A stretch of DNA of 64,000 nt from Eledone cirrhosa. Its lineage: Eukaryota. Of this stretch, positions 54,078 through 64,000 are shown in pieces (the first letter of the stretch is position 1; the number at the start of each line of letters is the position of its first letter). The translations under genes and the position numbers were made by a program. The DNA lies in assembly GCA_964016885.1 (NCBI GenBank), contig OZ024755.1:38502001-38566000 (forward strand), written 5' to 3'. Below the pieces are notes generated by a model. It was given only the letters and a program-made list of their open reading frames with translations. It did no database searches and had not been told where the DNA came from.

Positions 54078-55480
54078 GCGAAAAGTGGCAACAAATCCAC
54101 GATTCGGTCTTTGCAAGACAAAGATGGACGCATTCTACTTGAATCCAAGCAGATGTGCACGGACTTCCAACAGCACTTTGCACAGCTGTTCGGGCAAAGC
54201 GGTACGTCGAGCGAGTTGATGGACTTCAGCTCCTACCTCGACGGCGTACCACGACTCTCGAGCACGGATGCAGAGAGCTGCGAAAAGCGATCACAGCAGG
54301 CGAAATAGAAGGTGTCCTAGGCCGCTGCGGGAAACGCAAATCATCCGGTTTAGATGGTCTATCCTATGAGTTTTACATAGGCGTGCCAGACTTGTTCTCT
54401 GGCGTCCTCGAAGCGTTCTACTGCAACTGGCAGCAGAACGGGAGGATTCCCAGTTCTGTAGGCAGAGGCGTAGTAACGCTGATCAGGAAAGATGAGAAAA
54501 AGGGGGATGAGATAAGCAATTTCAGACCCATAACTCTGCTCAACACAGAGTTAAAGATTTTGGCCAAGGTGTTAGCAACGAGGCTGGCGCTTGTCGTCGA
54601 GAACCTGGTAGTGGAAGCACAAACGTGTGCAATCCCGACCAGGTCCATACACGACAACCTCCACCTCATGCGATACATCATAGAGAGGGTATAGTGTAAA
54701 CCTGGCTTCGATGGGGCTCTGATCAATTTAGATCAGTCTAAGGCATTTGATAGGGTCGACCATCAATACTTGGAAGCAGTTCTTAAGGTGGCCGGCTTCG
54801 GTCCCGTCTTCAGAGGCTGGATCGCTGCCATGCACACCAGCATCTGCTCGGCAGTCAAGGTGAATGGCTACCTATCGAAGCCATTCCAAATCATGCATTC
54901 CATCCGACAGGGATGCCCTCCATTCTGTATGTATTGACTCTCGAGCCATTACTGCGGAAGTTGGATCTGTTGTAGGGCATCCCGATCGAACCAGGACTGC
55001 GGAAAGCAGCATCGGCCTATGCCAACGACATAAACGTAATGGTGTCGAAAACCTCGGACATCGGGGTAATCGACAACCTATTACAGGAATACGAAACGTT
55101 GACAGGAGCAAGACTAAACCCAAACAAGTCTGTCAGTTTGCAACTCGGAACATGGAGAGGAAAATCCATGCCTTCCGACAGTGTCGTTGGACGCTGGACA
55201 GAAGGACCGGTGAAATTGCTCAGGGTCTGGTTTGATCCAGACCTCCAGGTGGACAAGAACTGGAACGAGGTCACGGCGAAGGTGTTTGCACTCACCCAGA
55301 AGTGGGCTGAGTGCAAACTCTCCTTGAAAGGTCGAGCGGAGGTGGCGAACACTTACATAGCGTCCGTCATCTACTACCGCTTGACAGTCGCGCCTTGTCC
55401 CCGCGAATACCTCACTAAAATGGAACGCCTACTCTTCAAGTTCCCCTGGAAGAAACAAGCTCCATTGGTCTATGGATAAC
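54078..55480 (+). mobile_element. Tx1/L1-clade LINE ORF2 remnant, frameshifted
   Basis: KSSGLDGLSYEFY; NFRPITLLNTELKILAKVLATRL; RSIHDNL; LDQSKAFDRVDH; RQGCP; AYANDI; LSLKGRAEVANTYIAS. Confidence 0.92.
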
Positions 55481-55681
55481 TTCCAGAGGTCTCTGGCCAG
55501 GCAGTGCTACCGAGGAGCTCTACCAGTTCGAGACAAAATCTACAGGCATGGACGCCCTGGCAGATATTCCCCTCCCCACGGCGTTACCATTTGCACAACT
55601 TGTCTGCACCGTATCCTATTCTCTTTCCAGTCGTAAGGCACTCACTTGTTCTATCTTCTTGTGATCTATCATATGCTTCAT

Positions 55682-55731
<50 letters not shown>

Positions 55732-56401
55732 TGAGGGAGAGAGATAGAGAGATAGATAGATAGATAGAGAGAGTGAGAGAGAGATGGCGGTGTTAATCTG
55801 GAGATCTCAAAACCCAATATACCGGAACAAATACCAGAAGGAATTTCGTCCGATACTCTAAACAATCAACCAATCTACCTATTCACCAATCTGGTCTGGT
55901 ACTTCATTTATCGACCCCTCCGCTCAGTACTTGACTCATATTTTATTCTATAGACGGCAGAAACAATAAAACATCTCACTTGACCTTAATGAGACTTGAA
56001 CCCGGAACAGAAAAATGTCAACTAATGCTACAAGACATATTGTCTTAAGATCTAATGACTTCCAGTTGTTTTTATAATGGTTTAAGTATCATACGTCAAT
56101 TCTTTATATTCAATTAATTAGTTTCATTAATATTATTACTGAAATAACGTTTCTTTTCTACACTTGATGCGTCCATTTAAGGCGTTCCAAACGAGACTGA
56201 CGTGTCTCTTCTTATTTTTTATTATTTTTTGCACTTTACTATCTTCCAAGACACAGATTCCTCTGAATTATAGCCTGCAGCAGCACAGGGCTTTCTCGCT
56301 AATCAGAAAGAAAATCGTTTTTTAGCTGGAGACTCAACTATTTTTCTCAAATCTCGCTTGTCTTTATTATTAAGCTAAACGTCGCCAGGTTCACATATTG
56401 G

Positions 56402-56402
<1 letters not shown>

Positions 56403-56498
<96 letters not shown>

Positions 56499-57200
56499 GT
56501 ACATATATATGTACGTATATATGTACATATATATTGCACACATATATGTACATACACAAATACGTACACATATACATACATATAAATACATACACATACA
56601 CATACACACGTATATATGAATACATCATATATATATGTAGATACACATATATGCATAGATATATATGCATACATACGTACACATATACATACATATAAAT
56701 ACATACACACACACGTATATATGAATACATCATATATATATATGTACATATATATGCACATAATGCACACATACATACACACATACATACACACACACGT
56801 ATATATGAATACATCATATATATAAGTACATACACATATATGCATACATATATGTACATACATACGTACACACATACATACATATAAATACATACACCCA
56901 CACATATATATGAATACATCATATATATATATGTATATATATATATGCACATAATGCACACATACATACACACATACATACACACATACACACACACGTA
57001 TATATGAATACATCATATATATAAGTACATACACATATATGCATACATATATGTACATACAAACGTACAGACATACATACATATAAATACATACACACAC
57101 ACATATATATGAATACATCATATATATATATGTACATACACATATATTCATACATATATGAACATACATACGTACATAGATAGACGCACTCACACACACA
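56403..57200. repeat. (CA)n followed by diverged ~100-bp CA/TA-rich tandem units
   Basis: Recurring TATATATGAATACATCATATATA. Confidence 0.88.
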
Positions 57201-57432
57201 TACTTGAATACAAAATGGCAGTATCGCAACTTCGAGAATTGCCATCCCATGACCATTTCCTCATAAATGAGTGGCGCGAACATGTCTTTTTTCTCCTGTC
57301 AAGGACTTAGATTCTTTTCTGCATATGCTGTAGCGAAAGAAAAGACAAAAGGCCATGCTCATGCAAAACACAAGAAAGTCGTTTAGATCAAGTGATGTCT
57401 GGGCTTGAAGCTTTTTTAACTGAACAAGGGCC

Positions 57433-58088
57433 TTGCACCGGACCAACCTCACCCTCTGGACAATGTTGACAGGGATCCCAAAAGAGAGCAGGTCAACTTG
57501 CACCGGACCAACCTCACCCTCTGGACAATGTTGACAGGGATCCCAAAAGAGAGCAGGTCAACTTGCACCGGACCAACCTCACCCTCTGGACAATGTTGAC
57601 AGGGATCCCAAAAGAGAGCAGGTCAACTTGCACCGGACCAACCTCACCCTCTGGACAATGTTGACAGGGATCCCAAAAGACAGCAGGTCAACTTGCACTG
57701 GACCAACCTCCCTCTCTGGACAATGGTGACAGGGATCCCAAAAGACGGCCAGGTCAACTTGCACCGGACCAATCTCACTCTCTGGACAATGGTGACAGGG
57801 ATCCCAAAAGACGGCCAGGTCAACTTGCACTGGACCAACCTCACTCTCTGGACAATGGTGACAGGGATCCCAAAAGACGGCCAGGTCAACTTGCAGTGGA
57901 CCAATCTCACTCTCTGGACAATGGTGACAGGGATCCCAAAAGACGGCCAGGTCAACTTGCACTGGACCAACCTCACTCTCTGGACAATGTTGACAGGGAT
58001 CCCAAAAGACGGCCAGGTCAACTTGCAGTGGACCAATCTCACTCTCTGGACAATGGTGACAGGGATCCCAAAAGACGGCCAGGTCAAC
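57433..58088. repeat. 65-bp minisatellite x~10
   Basis: Unit TTGCACCGGACCAACCTCACCCTCTGGACAATGTTGACAGGGATCCCAAAAGAGAGCAGGTCAAC. Confidence 0.96.
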
Positions 58089-58218
58089 ATCATTGTTTGA
58101 CATCGAGTCGCAGGTTTTATATCAGAGTTTTCCTTCTCCTAGAACGATGTACTTTCTCACTCCTAACCTCGCGCTCACGCATCAAATGGAATACCTCCCT
58201 GTCTCAGCGCACACATGA

Positions 58219-58265
<47 letters not shown>

Positions 58266-58290
58266 CACACACACACACACATATATACAG

Positions 58291-58339
<49 letters not shown>

Positions 58340-58342
<3 letters not shown>

Positions 58343-58693
58343 AAGGCGGGTAAAATTCAAGAGATCCATGGACGAGTTCTCTCCAGCGGTCTCTGTCCCT
58401 CATTATTGCTGCCATGATGGATGGGTGCTACACGAGAATGCTGAGGATGGCTCTGAACATTAATCAGTATACACTGAGGATGAAAAACTCAGAGCTGTAT
58501 GGGAGCATCCCAAAAGTCAGCTCAAAAGTGACACAGAGGAGACTGAGGTTGGCTGGACATGCTCACCGACATCCAGAGTTGACATTGCACTCAGTGCTCC
58601 TGTGGGAGCCCCTACATGGACACACTAGAAGAGGAAGACCAAGGTTAACGTATGTTGATGCCCTAAGGACAGACACTTGTCTGTTGGAGATGC

Positions 58694-58700
<7 letters not shown>
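58340..58700. mobile_element. RTE insertion with a 5' inversion
   Basis: The 3' end lies on the minus strand (58340-58416) and the upstream part on the plus strand (58417-58700); the two pieces are contiguous in the copy at 52036-52308. Confidence 0.85.
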
Positions 58701-58741
<41 letters not shown>

Positions 58742-58754
58742 AGAGACATATATA

Positions 58755-58955
58755 TCTAAGGCGAGTAAAATTCCCGAGATCCATAGACGAGTTCTCTCCA
58801 GCGGTCTCGGTCCCTCATCATCGCTAGCATGTCCTGTGTCTCAAAGAGACATCTGTCTGTCCTTAGGGCATCAAAATATGTCAATCTCGGTCTCTCTCTT
58901 CTAGTGTGTCCGTGTGGGGCTCCCACAGGAGCACTGAGTGCAGTGACAACTCTCA
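58755..58955 (-). mobile_element. Third RTE 3'-end copy
   Basis: HGHTRRERPRLTYFDALRTD..RDRDRWRE. Confidence 0.85.
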
Positions 58956-59609
58956 TGTATCACAAGAGTAGAAGAGAAAGAACTATGATATAATATATTA
59001 GTTGCTGTAGTTGCAGTGAAGTGTGCTCAATGCTTAGAGATGCAGTGTTAAATATTATAGTAAGGTTAATATTTAATGAGAGTTAAGCGCAGAAAGTAAG
59101 CAGAGCAGGTATAAGCAAAAATAAATGGAGAAAGCAATACATTTAAAAACAAGATTTACTCCTTACACAGTGTTTAATCTAAAGTACAATTACAGTACAA
59201 CAGGTCTCTCTCTATATATATATATGCCTATGCTTATATATTATTATAAAGTTGATGCACTTCAGAATCCTCAGAGAAGAAACATTGTCTTTAATAAAGC
59301 TGCTGGAGGAAAGTCCAATCTGTATAACAGCAAAACTAATTTATCCATTAATGGTATAATTATTCCTTCAGATGAATACTTAGAAACAAATATACGTCGG
59401 AGTTCATACCTTAATCCGTAATATGTTTAAAAGAAGAACAAACTTATTTTTCCAACGAATGAGAAATATTAGATGTGTGAAAAGATACATAGGGGTGGAA
59501 TGTGTGCGGTGCTCTAGTTTAGGTCTTGGTGTTAACTAAATAGACACAGGGGCTTAAAAACAATTAAAAAACGGATAAATGGTTTGTCATAATTGTACTT
59601 GTCCAGCAA

Positions 59610-60640
59610 ATGTTGTACATGCCTGGTAAGTGAGTTGATCTGAGACTGTGTTGTACATGTCTGGCAAGTGACTTGATCTGAGACTATGTTGTACTTGTCT
59701 GGTAAGTGACTTGATCTGAGACTGTGTTGTACATGTCTGGCAAGTGACTTGATCTGATACTGTGTTATTCATTCTGGTAGGTGTACTTGATCTGAGACTG
59801 TGTTATACTTGTCTGGTAAGTGACTTGATCTAAGACTGTGTTGAACATGTCTGGTAAGTGAGTTGATCTGAGACTGTGTTGTACATGTCTGGCAGGTGAC
59901 TTGATCTGAGACTGTGTTGTACATGTCTGGTAAGTGACTCGATCTGAGTCTGTGTTGTACATGTTTGGGAAGTGACTTGATCTGAGACTCTGTTCTACAT
60001 GTCTGTCAGGAGACTTGATCTGATACTGTGTTGTACATGTCTGCTAGGAGACTTGATCTGAAACTGTGTTTTACACGCCTGGTAGGTGACTTGATCTGAG
60101 ACTGTGTTGTACTTGTCTTGTAAGTGATTTGATCTGAGACTGTGTTGTACTTGTCTGGTAAGTGACTTGATCTGAGACTGTGTTCTACATGTCTGGCAGG
60201 AGACTTGATCTGAGACTGTGTTGTAGATGTCTGCTAGGTGACTTAATCTGAGACTGTGTTGTACATGTCTGGTAAGTGACTTGATCTGAGACTGTGTTGT
60301 ACATGTCTGGCAGCAGACTTGATCTGAGACTGTGTTGTACATGTCTGCTAGGAGATTTTATCTAAGCCTGTGTCGTACATGTCTGGTAAGTGACTTGATC
60401 TGAGACTGTGTTGTACATGTCTGGTAAGTGACTTGATCTGAGACTGTGTTGTACATGTCTGCTAGGAGACTTGATCTGAGACTGTGTTTTACATGCCTGG
60501 TAGGTGACTTGATCTGAGACTGTGTTGTACATGTCTGCTAGGAGATTTTATCTAAGCCTGTGTCGTACATGTCTGGTAAGTGACTTGATCTGAGACTGGA
60601 TTGTACTTGTCTGGCAGGAGACTTGATCTGAGACAGTGTG
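59610..60640. repeat. 38-bp minisatellite x~27
   Basis: Unit GACTTGATCTGAGACTGTGTTGTACATGTCTGGTAAGT. Confidence 0.96.
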
Positions 60641-61086
60641 TTGAAACTAAACCAATTACATTTTGGAAGAATCATTTTAGCTGTTCAAAACTACATAGAA
60701 ACTGTATCTGTGACCAGGTTGCAAACACTCAACGGAAAGTTTGACCCCAAGAAATAAAGGATAACTAGAAAGGGAAGTTAATAGTTTTTGTGTGTTTTTC
60801 AATGGCTGAAATGGTTCTTTACACGAAGTAAATTGCTTTTACAAGAGTAAAGAAAATCATTATAGTTTAAGAGGGTGTGGTGGGAGGGGGGGGGGGATAA
60901 ATGGCAAAAATGTATTATAAAGTGTGGAAATATAGAGTGGAAGTGGTGTAAGAAAAACACTCTAAGAGGAGAAGTAGGAGGAGAAAGGGAATGATAAAAG
61001 GCTTAGGAGTGAATGAGGGACAGGATACGGAAGTCACAGAGCTTAACTACTACAGGAATTTGACTTAAAACAGTGAGAAATACTAT

Positions 61087-61775
61087 GTGAAGTAGAGAGG
61101 TGTAGTGGAGTAGAGAGGTGTAGTGGAGTAGAGAGGTGTAGTGGAGTAGAGAGGTGTATAGATGTGAAGTAGAGAGGGGTAGTGAAGTAGAGAGGTGTAT
61201 AGATGTGAAGTAGGGAGGTGTAGTGAAGTAGAGAGGTGTAGTGAAGTAGAGAGGTGTAGTGAAGTAGAGAGGTGTAGTGAAGTAGAGAGGGGTAGTGGAG
61301 TAGAGAGGTGTATAGATGTGAAGTAGAGAGGGGTAGTGAAGTAGAGAGGTGTATAGATGTGAAGTAGGGAGGTGTAGTGAAGTAGAGAGGTGTAGTGAAG
61401 TAGAGAGGTGTATATATGTGAAGTAGAGAGGTGTAGTGAAGTAGAGAGGTGTATATATGTGAAGTAGAGAAGTGTAGTGAAGTAGAGAGGTGTAGTGAAG
61501 TAGAGAGGTGTATATATGTGAAGTAGAGAGGTGTAGTGAAGTAGAGAGGAGTACTGAAGTAGAGAAGTGTATATATGTGAAGTAGAGAGGTGTAGTGAAG
61601 TAGAGAGGTGTAGTGAAGTAGAGAGGTGTATATATGTGAAGTAGAGAGGGGTAGTGAAGTAGAGAGGTGTAGTGAAGTAGAGAGGTGTATATATGTGAAG
61701 TAGAGAAGTGTAGTGAAGTAGAGAGGTGTACTGAAGTAGAGAAGTGTATATATGTGAAGTAGAGAGGGGTAGTGA
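61087..61775. repeat. 18/24-bp purine-rich minisatellite
   Basis: Unit GTGAAGTAGAGAGGTGTA(TATAT). Confidence 0.95.
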
Positions 61776-62599
61776 TGTGAAGAAGTATTACACTGATATG
61801 TACTAAAATAACAACGTTGGTTTATAATTTAGACACAAGGTCAATTATTTGGGGAAGGGGTATATCGATTATATCGACCCGAGCACATGATTAACCCTTT
61901 ATTTTAACGACCTCTGAAGGATGAAACGCCAGCAATTCTTTATTTTTTTTTGGTGGTGAGGAGTCTATTATATCGCCGCCAGAACTTAACATGTGCTATA
62001 TTGTGACGACCCCTGAAGGATAAAAGGTACTTTGTTACATAAGAACATTACTCCATAACGATTAAGTTATACTTAACTGACCGTACTTCCAAATATGACC
62101 ATATAACTTAATCGTTATGTGAGTAGCGTTGTTATTTAACACCTTAAAATGTATTTATTTTATAAGTGCTAGCAGTTTGTTTTTCTGCTATATACATATA
62201 GATATACATCAAATAAAATCATAATTGACAATATACACAGAAATTGAACGAAGACTGTGTTACACTGTCTTATGTAATCAGTAACGTAATCCATGATACA
62301 TTAAAAAAAGACGATATTATATATAAACTGCATTAGGAGAAAATTAGTGACGGAAATATATGAATGTTTATTTAAGCGATCGCTAACCGGAAGTGTTGAC
62401 ATTTGAACATTTTAAAGAAGTGAATCTTAAAATAAGCAACAAAATTATTTATATCTAATAAAAAATAACGAAATTTAGTAGATAAATTATGTAATATTCA
62501 TTCATTATTTATTCAAAGTAATCCAACTTATTTTACAAACGGGATAAAAAAATATATTCTGGAAACAGTCCCGCACTCCTTACTTTATTATAGTTTAGA

Positions 62600-63035
62600 A
62601 ATATGTATTAAAGCCTAGTATAGTTTCTCAATTGATATATCTCATACATCAATATTCCACTTAACCTAAGTGAATCTACACAATAGTTTCAAACACCCAC
62701 AGACTAGAGAAAATACCTTCTAAATATAATCAATGATAGCATTTAAAAAGCTCCCTCCCCCCAAATAAAAAAATATTCAAGTCCTTCGAGAAACAAAACA
62801 AATACAAGAAAAAAAGACATACCATACATCTCAATATTCAACCCCCAAAACACAGGGATCTATCCACACAGACTGAACCAGCCTATATTACAATAAGACA
62901 AAAATGAAAAACCTCTTTAATAAATATCCTGTAATTAAGAGTAAACGAGAGCTGAAATCATAAAAAAAAATACTGACAAGGGCAGAGCTGCAGACCACAA
63001 ATACAGAACCCATGTGAATAGATGTAACCGACCTG
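62600..63035 (+). pseudogene. Degenerate PLE (Neptune-like) thumb/linker remnant
   Basis: NIPLNLS/IYTIVSN; VIKSKRELKS*KKILTRAE; VNRCNRP. Confidence 0.6.
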
Positions 63036-64000
63036 TGTGATCTGTATTACCAGTAATTAATTAGGGACAATCGTAGTACAGGATCTGTCATCTGTATTAC
63101 TAGTAATTAATTCGGGGAAATGGCAGTGGTTTTGTAATGTAAACAAAATCTGTGATCTGTATTACCAGTAATTAATTCGGGACAATCGTAATACTGTAGT
63201 AAGGTAAACAGCATCTGTCATCTGTATTACCAGTAATTAATTCGGGACAACCGTAATACTGTAGTAAGGTAAACAGCATCTGTCATCTGTATTACCAGTA
63301 ATTAATGCGGGGCTACCGTACTACAGTAGTAAGGTAAACAGCATCTGTCATCTGTATTACCAGTAATTAATGCGGGGCTACCGTACTACAGTAGTAAGGT
63401 AAACAGCATCTGTCATCTGTATTACCAGTAATTAATTCGGGACAACCGTAATACTGTAGTAAGGTAAACAGCATCTGTCATCTGTATTACCAGTAATTAA
63501 TTCGGGACAACCGTAATACTGTAGTAAGGTAAACAGCATCTGTCATCTGTATTACCAGTAATTAATTCGGGACAACCGTAATACTGTAGTAAGGTAAACA
63601 GCATCTGTCATCTGTATTACCAGTAATTAATTCGGGACAACCGTAATACTGTAGTAAGGTAAACAGCATCTGTCATCTGTATTACCAGTAATTAATTAGG
63701 GACAACCGTAATACTGTAGTAAGGTAAACAGCATCTGTCATCTGTATTACCAGTAATTAATTCGGGACAACCGTAATACTGTAGTAAGGTAAACAGCATC
63801 TGTCATCTGTATTACCAGTAATTAATGCGGGGCTACCGTACTACAGTAGTAAGGTAAACAGCATCTGTCATCTGTATTACCAGTAATTAATTCGGGACAA
63901 CCGTAATACTGTAGTAAGGTAAACAGCATCTGTCATCTGTATTACCAGTAATTAATTCGGGACAACCGTAATACTGTAGTAAGGTAAACAGCATCTGTCA
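63036..64000. repeat. 65-bp minisatellite running off the window
   Basis: Unit ATCTGTCATCTGTATTACCAGTAATTAATTCGGGACAACCGTAATACTGTAGTAAGGTAAACAGC. Confidence 0.96.

Noticed and set aside
59125-59421. 98-aa non-repetitive ORF
   Set aside because: AT-rich, crosses a TA run, and has no motif or splice support.

Overview
This is AT-rich animal DNA, not prokaryotic. The tRNA-derived SINE family, the (TA)n/(CA)n load and the element mix suggest an octopus or other cephalopod genome, which is an inference. I found no convincing host gene, and nearly all ORFs in the track are microsatellite or minisatellite translations. The window is a mosaic of: (1) degraded Penelope-like elements (PLEs; RT and GIY-YIG fragments from at least 4 lineages); (2) RTE, CR1 and Tx1/L1 LINE fragments; (3) about 15 copies of a tRNA-derived SINE; (4) a non-autonomous Helitron and a piggyBac-type MITE; (5) about 12 minisatellite arrays, two of them amplified from LINE coding sequence. 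The most striking pattern is more than 20 full or partial type-I hammerhead ribozyme (HHR) motifs from about 10 sequence families. Most have a self-complementary stem III whose sequence varies while staying palindromic (ATATATAT, ATACGTAT, ATGCGCAT, ACGATCGT, ACAATTGT, ACGCGCGT, ACCGGT, ACGT, AATT), and some carry non-canonical cores (U3-A8, U4C). They sit in short asymmetric fold-back cassettes embedded in (TA)n runs, so several loci encode an HHR on both strands. HHRs in PLE termini are established biology. The density, the core variants and the fold-back junctions at the ribozyme are what merit follow-up. All structures were folded by eye, and element edges are approximate.
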